NCBI GenBank assembly: GCA_001599295.1
Contig: BCGN01000003.1
Coordinates: 1-64,000, forward strand
Length of the DNA stretch: 64,000 nucleotides
DNA from: Sporopachydermia quercuum
Lineage: Eukaryota
Direction of reading: 5' to 3'
Shown here: positions 38,891-50,373 of the stretch, piece after piece
How the letters are laid out: each line of letters starts with the position of its first letter
Numbering within the stretch: position 1 is the stretch's first letter
Made by a program: the position numbers and the translations under genes
The notes under the pieces: generated by a model
What the model saw: only the letters and a program-made list of their open reading frames with translations
Told to the model about the DNA's origin: nothing
Databases searched by the model: none

Positions 38891-40576
38891 ATGTCGGTAA
38901 AATCAGGCCAAATGAGCGAGAAAGATATCCTAAAGGATTCTGATCTCTCAGTTAACTCTCTTGAGAAATCAGTTGCATATCCTCACACATATATATTCAA
39001 TGCTGATACTGAAGAAACAATAGTGTTAGAAAAGAACTGGACAGAGGAAGAAGAGAGAAGAGCATACAAGAAACTTGATTTCACTATCATACCTCTATTA
39101 TTCTTCGCTTTCTTCCTATTACAGCTTGATCGTGGTAATATNNNNNNTGCNTTGACATCATCGCTNANAGAAGATGTTGGGTTAGATAATAATAGAATCA
39201 ACGCTGGTACTGCTCTTTTCAATGTCGCTATTGTCATTTTTGAAATTCCTTCAAATGTTATGCTTCAAAAACTAGGACCTTCAAGATGGTTAGGCGGACA
39301 GGTTTTTGCTTGGTCTCTGGTTGCTACCTTACAATCTCTGATGACCAATTATGCTGGATTTTTGGTATCAAGATTCTTCATGGGTGCTATGGAAGCTGGA
39401 TTTATTCCCGGTGCCCTTTACTATATAAGTACATGGTATACTAAGGGAAGGTTAACTGCAAGATATAACTTTTATTTCTTAGGTAATATTACTGCNNCNG
39501 CTTGTTCTGGTTTGATTGCGGCTGGTATCCTTAACACAGTTGCTGGGGCTCATGGACTTGCTGGTTGGAAGTGGATTTTCATCATTGAAGGTGCTGCTGG
39601 TCTCGGTTATGGTATTATCTTTTTTTTCTTGATTCCTGAATCTGCTAGTCATCCCAAACCACTCTTTGGAAATCTTAGATATCTCACCGAGCGTGAATCA
39701 TACATTATCAGTTCAGCTGTCTTAATTGATGATCCAGAAAAGATTAACAACAGAGCACACATCGGTGGAAAGGATATTCTTGATACCTTTAAGCAATGGA
39801 GGGTTTGGTTGCATTTCTTGTACACTATGGTCTTCATGCAAAATATGCAATCATTGATGACCTATATCCCTTCTATCGTTGTCTCTTTAGGATACAAGGC
39901 TGTTCAAGCTAATGCTATGGCGTCAATCGGTGGATGGGGTTCTATACTTATGCTGATTCTAATGACTAGACTCGCAGCTTATATCAATTCTAGAGGTATT
40001 CCAATGATTATTTTAGCAACCTGGCAAATGATTTTCCAAATTGCCTTGTTTTCTGTTTCTTTGACTTCCCGTACAAAAGTCAAATTTGCATTACTTACAT
40101 TGTTAACCGTTTCTGGTGCCAATGGTCATGTTTTGAATACTTCATGGATTTCAATGAATATGAGAAAACCAGCTCATAGAAGTGTAGCACTTGCTTTGAT
40201 GGTTATGTCTGCCAATATGGCAGGTATTTGTGCTGGCCAAATTCTTAGAACAAATGATCTTCCATTATATCGTACAGCGTTTATGGCACTTATGATTTTG
40301 TCAATATGCGCCGTAATCATTAGTGTTATACTGTTCACACAATATTTCATCAGTAATAAGAAGTTGGATAAGAAATTCCCACCTGTTAGTGAAGAACACT
40401 TGGAAGAAATTGCCAAATATAACAATTATATTCAATCATTCGTTATTGTTGGATCTGAGAAGGCATTGTCTAATGAAGAACGAATTGAAGAGAAGATCAA
40501 GGAATCCAATGACTTGAACTTACCTGTGAAACAAACATACATTGAAACTGATGCAATCTTCAGATATAGATTGTAA
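38891..40576 (+). CDS. MFS DAL5/ACS-family transporter, copy 2 (tandem paralog)
   Basis: 561 aa. The N-terminal domain is near-identical to copy 1 and the C-terminal half is diverged. Confidence 0.85.
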   Translation: MSVKSGQMSEKDILKDSDLSVNSLEKSVAYPHTYIFNADTEETIVLEKNWTEEEERRAYKKLDFTIIPLLFFAFFLLQLDRGNXXXXLTSSXXEDVGLDNNRINAGTALFNVAIVIFEIPSNVMLQKLGPSRWLGGQVFAWSLVATLQSLMTNYAGFLVSRFFMGAMEAGFIPGALYYISTWYTKGRLTARYNFYFLGNITXXACSGLIAAGILNTVAGAHGLAGWKWIFIIEGAAGLGYGIIFFFLIPESASHPKPLFGNLRYLTERESYIISSAVLIDDPEKINNRAHIGGKDILDTFKQWRVWLHFLYTMVFMQNMQSLMTYIPSIVVSLGYKAVQANAMASIGGWGSILMLILMTRLAAYINSRGIPMIILATWQMIFQIALFSVSLTSRTKVKFALLTLLTVSGANGHVLNTSWISMNMRKPAHRSVALALMVMSANMAGICAGQILRTNDLPLYRTAFMALMILSICAVIISVILFTQYFISNKKLDKKFPPVSEEHLEEIAKYNNYIQSFVIVGSEKALSNEERIEEKIKESNDLNLPVKQTYIETDAIFRYRL

Positions 40577-43161
40577 ATACGGAAAGATTTGCATGTAAAT
40601 TCATTCTTATTTATATAATGTATTAATGGGTATTCAATCAATTTAGATTAAGAATATGAAATTAATGGTATTAAACTTTCTGAAGATTTGTGAAAGAGTA
40701 AAACAATAATGTTTCAGGAACGGAACAGGTAAATTTTCTACGGAGGTCCTAAAACAACCAAAAGTTCTCCTTCCATAACTGGTGCTTGTATCATAAGGTG
40801 GAAAAACTATGCTTTACGATAGCTGTTCCTGCAACTTTCTGCTTAATTTAGCTGGTGCTCTAAATAACACATGGCAGTATTCAAAGCTCATCTTTTTTTT
40901 CTTGCAAAAATCAATTAGCTTGTTCATGAAACTTTAAGCTTTTACTCTTTCAACATGAACTTCAGTACAAGCAGAGTTAAACAAGTTTCATTGTACATAT
41001 ATAAACAGTAATGAGAATATACTAGAGGATATAGAAGTGACATTAATGGCGAGCAATCAGAAATATTTTATTGATAGTATGTTAACACGTATAGAGTATG
41101 TGACTCACACTGAAGTTTGTTTGTCTGATTCTTAACTAGTGTATTAACCTCCTCTATCTGATGAGACATTTAGCTGTTTTAAATCATCATCCAAGGTTCT
41201 AATAGTATACAAAATTAACTGGCGAGAGTATTAAAGCCCACTACCAGTATTTCCTTTACATCTTTCAATTCTAATAATTAAACTGCTACTTTTCGATTCA
41301 AGAAAGGTGAAATCGTGGGCGTCCATTGCGTAGTGAATTTAATGAAAGAGAGTTAAGTTCAAGCGAAAGTGGGAACTCGTTTAAAAGCGAAAAAGGATTC
41401 TCAGACTAACCGGAAATTCTTTACTCTTGATCGGCAAATTCCTTCTTAATGATTACTGCCTCATATAACTATGGTACGATATTTCAATTCCAACACGCAT
41501 AAGAAAATGTAGAGTCATCTACATGTGAGAAATAATTCACGTGACCAACGGTTTTTCGCTACTCATTTGATGAATACCAATCTTCATCACTTGCTCTAAT
41601 AATCTTTGATCCTAAGGGCTACCTATCGATAAAAATGCNAAGTTCAGTCGGTAATAAATTCTGTATTCTTTTCCAGATCAATCAAGCAATTTGTTTCTCC
41701 TAATATGTTATATTACTTGCCCCTGCTTTATTGATCCTCTTGACAATGAATCTTCGATTAAGATCATAATGAAGAAAAGAGAGGGTGGGAAAAGATTTGG
41801 CCCCTTATAACTTTAACTTTCTTCGGAACTGAATTTGGCGGTTATTGATGATTCTTCCGTAATTGGACATTTACTCGCCGTTCCTCCGGGTAAAAGCCAA
41901 TATAATTCTCGACAGGAACTGGGGTAATTGTGTGGATTGANAAAATTCAATGTATTGATATGTTTTGAATAATATCGAAGTCTTTTCAATTAGTATTAGA
42001 ATTCTTACCCCAGATTTTTTAAGGGTGTGTTTTATAGATCGTTGTGCTTATTCCTATGAGAGTGGAAATGCTGCCTGAGCCATATACTGAGATAGCAAAC
42101 TCATTAGAGTTGTGTAACAAACGAGGTACTCATAGTACTAAAGCATTACGACTATCGCTAAACCTAAGTTGTAAAAAGCTTTACAAATCAATAAAACAAA
42201 ACAAGTATTTGATTAATAATAATGAAAATACAATAACTTCACTTAGAAATATACTACAACGATACTCAAAAANGCTTCCTTCAATATTTATGTAGTTACC
42301 ACTAGTATACCATTTGCTTACACATCTACGTTCATTATTTCTTTTCCCCGAATCTTTCAGGACTTATGTTGATTTGTCTGATTGCTTGTGGTAGAAACGA
42401 CTAGACTCATGCTTCAGACGTTCAACGACTCTGGAATGTTAAAAAAGAAAGAATTCCTTTTCTTCTAAAATTAATTAAACAAACGGAACAATGACCCATG
42501 CTTGATCAACCGCATTCCTTTCTAAAAGAAAGAATGGGAATTAGCCGCAACTTTAAGTTCTCAGATATAAATCTGGGGTATAACCTAAATTTAAGTTAAG
42601 CCTTTTTAGCTTTGCACAAAGCACTTAATAGCATTTTTTGTTATGAAACTTTTTCTTTCTCCAGTTTTCCTTTTTTTTTCTTGCATTATATGGTCTATTT
42701 CTATTAATGTTAGTATTTTTATACACCATTTTCAAGCTTTGCATAGAAACCTGAAATAACGTTGAGTTACAGTGACGCGATCGGTTGGTTTGCTGTTACT
42801 AGATTTAGCATCTCAAATGATTAAGCTCAATTAGATTATTATCATACCAAGACATATAGATCAAGAAAACATTACCTTGTAATTTCGGAATACTTACCAT
42901 CCCAAGACAGTTTGTTTGGCTATATAATCTAGTTTTGAAACAGGGAGTTCTGCTTTAAACTATAAAGGAACATTCCTACATCCAGGGTGTTTTAACTAGG
43001 TTATAAATACTGATGATAATCCAACGGTCAAATCTATGTTGACATGAGCCCAAGTCTAGTTTTGAATTCCATCTATTTGATATCAGAGCGACAAACCAAT
43101 CAGTTTGTTTAAGAAGCTTGTTAATGTTAAGACTTGAATAATTTACTTTCTATAAACCACT

Positions 43162-44670
43162 ATGGCTAAAACCTACTACTCAGTAGCGGGACCTGGCTTC
43201 CCCATTCAAGCTGTACTATTTCTCATGTGTACAGTATGTTTTCTTTTATATGGTTTTGAGCAAGGTGCTCTTGCTAATGTTCAAAATGAGGCAGAGTTTC
43301 AAAATCAATTTGGACACCCTCAGAACAGTTTTCTTGGTATAGTGGTTTCCATTTACAATCTTGGTTGTTTATTTGGCTGTTTCATCACTTTTGCATACGC
43401 TGATAAACTTGGCAGAAAAATGACTTTATGGGTTGGTTTTGTCTTGATTATTGTTGGTGTTATTCTGCAGACTAGTTCTTACCATGTTGCTCAATTGATG
43501 GTTGGAAGATTTATTACGGGTTTGGGTACTGGTATGGAAACATCGACAACACCATTATATCAATCAGAAGTTTGTCCACCAAATGTTAGAGGTCGATTAG
43601 TATCAGCTGAACCATTTTCTGTTGCTGTTGGTATTACCATTACATACTGGCTAGGTTATGGTATGAGTTTTGTTGACAGTTCTGCTAGTTGGAGGGTTCC
43701 TGTTGCCTCTCAAATGATATTTGCTCTTGCAGGATTTGCCTTGTTATTCATTTGTCCAGAGTCTCCTCGGTGGCTGATGAATCAGGATAGAACTGCTGAA
43801 GCTATTGAGATTATTTGCTATATCACTGACAAACCGAAAGATCATCCCGCTGTCGTTGAAATGGTTGATGAAATTCAAAAGGTCCAAGAGGCAGAAGGTA
43901 AAGGTGACAATATTTCTTGGAATGATATTCTTCATGGTCGGGATGTCATGAAAGCTAGATATAGGTTACTATTAGCTTGGGGAATCCAATGCATGAATCA
44001 ACTTGGTGGTATTAATCTAGTTATCTATTATGTTCCTCTGATTTTAGAAGTCAATGTTGGTTTTGATCCTAACATGGCCAAAATTTTAGGTGGTTGTTGT
44101 TCAATGTGTATGCTTTTCTCCATTGTACCATCTTTTTTCTTGGATCAAATGGGAAGAAGACCTACAATGATTTGGGGTTCTCTAATCCAGGGAATTTCTA
44201 TGATGTTAATTACAATTTTACTTTCTGTTGACCAACCAAAGGCTTATGATGCTTCAGTTGCTTTTTTCTTTATCTTCACTGCTGTATTTGGCGTTACAAT
44301 GAACTGTGGTCCTTGGGTTTACGTTCCTGAAGTTGTACCTTTAGCATTAAGAGCAAAAGGTACAGCCATTGGTGTCTCTTCAAATTGGTTATGGAACTTC
44401 TTTATTGCTATGATTACTCCTGTTCTCATTGATAATATTGCCTGGAAAACTTACATTATTTTTACTATTACTAATGTTGTTGGAGCTGCCATTATCTATT
44501 TATTCTATCCAGAAACTGGAAATAAGAGTTTGGAAGAAGTTGATGAAATGTTCTTGCAAGGTAACACTAATGTACTGCTTGGGCCAAAGACTGCTATTGA
44601 GCATGTTGANAAAAGTAAAGAGGCAACTGTTTTAACTTCAAGTGGATCTGACCTTGAAAAACAATTGTGA
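43162..44670 (+). CDS. MFS sugar-porter family transporter (STL1-like sugar/polyol:H+ symporter)
   Basis: 502 aa with DKLGRK, GRFITGLG, PESPRWL, QCMNQLGGIN, GRRP and PETGNKSLEE motifs. Confidence 0.88.
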   Translation: MAKTYYSVAGPGFPIQAVLFLMCTVCFLLYGFEQGALANVQNEAEFQNQFGHPQNSFLGIVVSIYNLGCLFGCFITFAYADKLGRKMTLWVGFVLIIVGVILQTSSYHVAQLMVGRFITGLGTGMETSTTPLYQSEVCPPNVRGRLVSAEPFSVAVGITITYWLGYGMSFVDSSASWRVPVASQMIFALAGFALLFICPESPRWLMNQDRTAEAIEIICYITDKPKDHPAVVEMVDEIQKVQEAEGKGDNISWNDILHGRDVMKARYRLLLAWGIQCMNQLGGINLVIYYVPLILEVNVGFDPNMAKILGGCCSMCMLFSIVPSFFLDQMGRRPTMIWGSLIQGISMMLITILLSVDQPKAYDASVAFFFIFTAVFGVTMNCGPWVYVPEVVPLALRAKGTAIGVSSNWLWNFFIAMITPVLIDNIAWKTYIIFTITNVVGAAIIYLFYPETGNKSLEEVDEMFLQGNTNVLLGPKTAIEHVXKSKEATVLTSSGSDLEKQL

Positions 44671-44873
44671 GGGAGAAAATACAAGATTAGTTAGTTTAGT
44701 TTTGAGATTTATTTTGAGTTTGTAATGAAATAAATGATGAAATAGTATATTATTTAGAATTATGTGTTTTTGTCCTATTAGTAAGTTGCCGATGCAAAAA
44801 AACTACTAGTCATTAACCGTAAGTAAATTCACATTGCTCATTCATAAATTAAAGAAATGCTATTGATCAAAGA

Positions 44874-47258
44874 TTATACACTACTGGAACTCCAGTACTT
44901 CTCTAAATCACTTATTCTATACTTCATGTACCAACCTGTAATTTGTTCAATTCGTTGCAATAGGTTGATGACAATTAGATGCTCGTCATCACTACTTAAT
45001 AGTTTTCCTGCAACATATATTGGTTGTACAGCATTGTTTAAGCAACCGCTTGATTTTTCAGTTAGTTATGTTATCTTCTTAGCAAAATAATCAAGTTTAA
45101 TCAAATCCCATCATCTACTTACTGATGCTCATTATGCAAACTAATAGATATTATCTGTTTCGCATGCCAGATTACTGATTTCTAATTAGATGATTAGTAA
45201 TACGTTCGTCATAGAATTAGTTTATAACAAAAGTGAAAGTACTAGCTTCAAAATAATCACTTTCTATAAAATGAGTCCGTTTCTGACAATACTTACTGAT
45301 GCCGGTAACGTCACTTTCTGTAGCCTTGGTTTATTTTCTATCATAAGAATAATTGCCATATGATACATCTGATTAGCCGATATTGATGGCCCATTTAGAT
45401 ATAATACAATAGGGAATGGCTTTTCATCTTTCTCCATGTAAGGCAACATTTCAAAAGGTCTCTTCTCATACCAAACCTGCAATTCATCCCACAGCCGTTT
45501 CCATTCTTCAGTATAATTTTCAACTTCCTGATAGACTAAACTCAATACCCTTGCACATAAGAATATACAGTGGTTTGAGTACATATCTGCAGAATCGTAC
45601 TTTGTGAATGACTTACTGCTTTCATCAATTTCTATATTACAAGGTAGCCAATCAACTGGTCTTAGAGTTGTTGGTTTCTCATCAATAACGCCAGCATCGA
45701 CATCCATTCGAACAAAACACCAAAATAAACCTCTTTCAAATGGCTCGGAAAATCCATTGATTCCAGCTCTTCGAAATAAAGCCGAACACCCTTCTAAATG
45801 GTGTCTCCATTCTGAAGGTAGTAAAGACATCATATCCATCACGCATAACAAAACACATGAAGCAATAGTTGTTTTGGAAGGCCTTTGCTTCACATTTGGT
45901 ATTAAGTATTTTAATGACTCTTGAAATAAAATATTGGTCTTATTTCCTGAATATCCTTCTGTGGTTCTCTCCAGTTGTCTAGCCGATATTGCATATATGG
46001 CAAACATTAATGCCTTATCTTCTTGAGCAAACTTTGGTAGTACTCTAGCAAACTGCCTAGTGATATCAAACATATCCAGCCAATCAGCTACTTCATAGAA
46101 GTAATTTTTCAGCAACAATATCTCTTCTTCTTCGCTAATTTTGAATTTTGGCCTATTTTTCTCCTGAAATGTCACGTTTTCTAATAAATTATTATCTACA
46201 AATCCTGGTGCTGGCTGTCCAATAGTACCTTGTTCTAGTACCATAGAGTTGCTCATTAAACTATTATCAGGATTCAGTATATAATCAAAACTCGTCGGGT
46301 TGTTTTTGCACTCATTCAACATAAAATCCCAGTTATAGCTTGCATTGGTAAACATAAAATCTCTGAGTGTATTATGAAGCTCATTTGAGTTAAGCATGAA
46401 AACATCCTCAAAATCAGATTCTGTTGTCAAGGAAATATCACCCAAAGGTGAATTTGTCTCAGGAAGTTTTAGGCCGTTTAACAGTTGACTAGATCCAGCT
46501 GTTACAGATGATGCTGAATGTGAGGTATTTGACGATTCAGAGAATGGTGAACCTGAGCCCGAACATTTTGAAGAAATGGACGATATGGAACCGTTNCCCG
46601 ATAAGCTATGTGGTTTTCCAGGCATTGTAATCAAAGCTAAATCTTGGGTAGATTCCAGTTGTGCNGTGGTTGTGCCTTGAATTGTCTGGGGAAAGCATTG
46701 AAATGAGCTGGACTGTTGTGCAGGTTCCGGCTCAGTGAGTTGACACTTGTTGAAACTAGCTAACAAATCTTTAGAGTACTTGGTAACCCTGGAAATGCTA
46801 TCTTCATCTTTTGATGTACTTTGAACAGAGATGAATTTTGAGCTTACACCATTACTATCCTTTTTAGTTTTCTTAAGTGTTTTTGTTCGTCGTTTTGTTA
46901 TAGGTTTTGCTGCTCTTTTGTTTGAGACTGTACTTTCTTCTTGTTGGTTACTATTACTATTTCTAGCTGAGTTATAATGCAATGGCTCTTTCAGAATATT
47001 CGGTTTACCATCTGTTGCAGGAACTACAGTATTACTGAAAATACTTGGCCAAACACATTCTTGACCTCGTTTAATACATAGGAAACATCTGGGCTTGGCT
47101 TCGTCGCATTTCTTGTGNACTTTCCTACACGGTAAGCACCCAGTTCTAACTCGTTTCTTCGTCTGTTTCTTCGCAAAAAAAGATGCATGTTGAGACTCCG
47201 CTGCCTTGGTTATATTCCCCATTGGCTGTTCTTCGATGATACTTTCATTGTCAGTCAT
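44874..47258 (-). CDS. Zn(II)2Cys6 transcription factor, 3 exons (47258-45297, 45181-45123, 45048-44874; ~731 aa)
   Basis: N-terminal RTGCLPCRKxHKKCDEAKPRCFLCIKRGQECVWP. Two GTAAGT introns with TACTAAT/AACTAAC branch points restore a conserved-looking tail KSVIWHAKQIISISLHNEHHGCLNNAVQPIYVAGKLLS...IEQITGW...DLEKYW. Confidence 0.85.
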
Positions 47259-49302
47259 GATTGTTTTCTTTCAATATGCATCCATCTAACGGTACCCATT
47301 CAGGTGGACCAAGTTGTAATGGGTCAAGCATTCAAACTCTTGATGTTTAGTAGATTTTCTTTGAACCTTAAGAGTCCTATTTTCGTTGTTCAATCTGTAA
47401 AATACATCAGAAACAAGTAACCACTGAAGACTCACAAGCAACAAATAACAAGTTATATTCCTTCTTTTTTTTGGTATAGTTTGACTCACTTACTGGTATT
47501 TAGTATTTAATTTTCAATACCATTACAGCAAAAGAATATAAGGAAGAAAACGAACAACGTAAAAAGTTCACCGAGAATTCTACTATTGTCTCACTATTTT
47601 CGCCCGTCAATACCCATCTATCTGGATTATAGTGTTGCTGAGGATAAAAAATCATACCAAATGGGTGAGTAGTTAAAAAGGTCAGAATCTGTCATGAGAG
47701 AATCGTAAAAGAAGGTTATTACATGTTACGGGGAGGCACATTTTCAGCAAAACGTTAACAAAATAAAGTTTGTCGAATGAAAATTTTATTTGATGGTTCA
47801 TTCTACATCAGCTAACTATGGGGAACTTGAGAGATTTGCGAGAACAAAACGATTCACGATATTTCATGTAACAATCCTTGGAGGACTGACAATATTCAAT
47901 AGAAAGTATTTCTATTTGAATAATAATTGATCAATTAAAATGACAATAGGTTTAAAGGACTGGGATGTAATACTTAAGTTTTGACGCGCACAAACTTCTT
48001 CCATTTCATCCCTTTACTTATTGTTTCCCCACTCAATACTTGCAAATTTGNCTCAAGGTTCAAAATAAAGTTGTCGGTTCAATTTCTTGATTTGGTTTTT
48101 TAACACTACTTTCTTTTTCTTGCTGACGATCCCTTTCTTCTCGAAGTATTATATTCTTTGGTATTTTGATATAAACAGGGAAAGTATGATGTCAGAATCT
48201 GGGGTCATTCTCTTTTATTCTGGGTAGTGTTTATTTAAAATTCATTTCAGTAAGCGTTGTCTATTCATATAGTAGACTCAAGCGACAACTGGAATAAAGT
48301 TGCGACAAATTTTCCTTTTTGAAGCACATAAGACTTCGGACTAGAATATGTGATTTTGTATGATATTCTTAGTCAAGGGATCGTCATTATTGATCAGCAA
48401 TCGTGAGAAAAATAATTAGATGCATGATGTGAGTAGAAAAGATCTTGTCGTATATTAAAGCTTTTCCATGGTGATATAGTACTGGTCATATGACTTTTTG
48501 CTCCTACTAGAACAAAATGGATTTACTAATTAGTATGTATCAATGTGCATCAATGATAGCATTAGAGGTGTAGAATGTATCAGGCAAGCCATACTGATTA
48601 TGTTCAACATAAACAACTCCAGTACCACTTCTCCTTTTTGTTGCTCCAGATATACCTTTATCTTGCGCTCCTTGATTTCTTTAGCTTCGTTAGTTCACTC
48701 GGCTCAGTTTCAGCCAGTTCACTTTTTCTTNCTCTTCAAAATTACCCCAGAAATTTTCTCCGCAAATAATTTAGCGGCTATAAAGTTTGAGATCGGTCTA
48801 TCTATACTTATCTTAGCTTAGCTTAAACATACATAATCCGACAAAGTTTACTTGTGATGAATATCCGTCTATTTTTCACTATGCGTCTTGCTATTAAAAT
48901 AAAGCTCCTACAGGACTTACATGCATTTCGTGTTTGATCCAGCAATCTTGCGGTAACATTGTCTTTATTGGAACAATTCAGAGGTAAGGAGATTCGGAAT
49001 AGTCATGGAATATGGATAATACTAGATTAAAAGGAAACAATTATAAACCCCAACGGTTTGGAAATAAATAGCAATTTGCTCATTTATATCTTACTATCCC
49101 CAAGATCCTGAGAAATTCGTTTAAGCAGCTTTTCTTCCATACAAGGGTATAATAATTTGTGTGAGTATTGAAAAGTAATCTGTAGTTATCTAAGATCATT
49201 TGGTGTACTGTTGTTACATCCAACTCTGTATATTCAGCAAACTTTCAAATATTCTCTTCTTTTTCGACATTTCAATCTCATCTCTTTTGACTGAAATTCA
49301 AA

Positions 49303-50373
49303 ATGACAGCAGAAACAAATCCATCACTTCAAGTGAGCCCTGATAATACTATCAAAGTAGTCAATCTACCTGTTAAGTCCGTTGGCCCAGGTCAAGTGAA
49401 AATCCATATCAGAGCAACAGGAATATGCGGTTCCGATATTCATTTTTGGAAAATGGGCCAAATAGGTGACTTGAAAATAGTAGAAGATTTAACTCTCGGT
49501 CACGAAACTGCGGGAGATATCATTGAAGTTGGTCCTGGAGTAACCAATGTGAAGGTTGGTGATCGAGTAGCTATTGAACCCGGTGTTCCTTGTGACAAAT
49601 GTTTTCTATGTCGTAATGGCGATTACCATTTATGTGAGGATGTTAGATTTCTAGGTGTACCACCTGCTGAAGGTTCTATTCAAAGATATTTAGTACACGA
49701 TGCAAGATTTGTATTCAAATTACCTGATACTATGACTTACGAGCAAGGAGCTTTGGTTGAACCATTATCAGTTGCATATCATGGAATTGAAAGAGCTGGC
49801 TTACAATTAGGTAGAGGATGCGTTATTACTGGTGCTGGACCTATTGGATTAAGCGCTCTCGTGCTAGCAAAAGCCTCAGGTGCAAATCCAATTGTTATAA
49901 CAGATGTTAACAAAGACAGGTTAGAATTTGCCAAGACTTTGGTCCCTGATGTTTTAACTTATTGTATTGATGCAAAGCTTAACGGAAAAGAAAATGGTCT
50001 AAAGATCAAAAAATTATTTGGACCAAGTGAATATGAAGCACCCCCGGTTGCATTGGAATGCACAGGTTTAGAAAGTAGTATCAATACTGTCGCTTATGTC
50101 GTTAGAAGATCGGGAACATTAATGATAATTGGAGTTGGAAGAGATTTACTTCATAACTTCCCTTTCATGCATTTATCATTAGCAGAAATTGATGTCAAGT
50201 TTATCAATAGATATAAAGATTCATGGCCTGCTGTTATTAACCTGATTGCTAATAAGGTCGTTGATGTCGATAAATTTGTGACCCATAGATTTCCCCTTGA
50301 AAAAGCTGTTGATGCCTTTGAAGCAGTTGCTAATCCTAATATTCCAACTATCAAAGTAATTATTCAAGATTGA
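49303..50373 (+). CDS. Zn-dependent polyol dehydrogenase (MDR family), L-arabinitol 4-dehydrogenase / LadB galactitol-dehydrogenase-like
   Basis: 356 aa with GICGSDIHFWK, GHE, structural-Zn Cys cluster PCDKCFLCRNGDYHLC, GAGPIG and PFMHLSLAEIDVKFINRY. Confidence 0.85.
   Translation: MTAETNPSLQVSPDNTIKVVNLPVKSVGPGQVKIHIRATGICGSDIHFWKMGQIGDLKIVEDLTLGHETAGDIIEVGPGVTNVKVGDRVAIEPGVPCDKCFLCRNGDYHLCEDVRFLGVPPAEGSIQRYLVHDARFVFKLPDTMTYEQGALVEPLSVAYHGIERAGLQLGRGCVITGAGPIGLSALVLAKASGANPIVITDVNKDRLEFAKTLVPDVLTYCIDAKLNGKENGLKIKKLFGPSEYEAPPVALECTGLESSINTVAYVVRRSGTLMIIGVGRDLLHNFPFMHLSLAEIDVKFINRYKDSWPAVINLIANKVVDVDKFVTHRFPLEKAVDAFEAVANPNIPTIKVIIQD

Noticed and set aside
41537..41660. TCACGTGAC as CDEI of a point centromere
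   Set aside because: It is not followed by a very AT-rich CDEII or a recognisable CDEIII, and the region looks subtelomeric.
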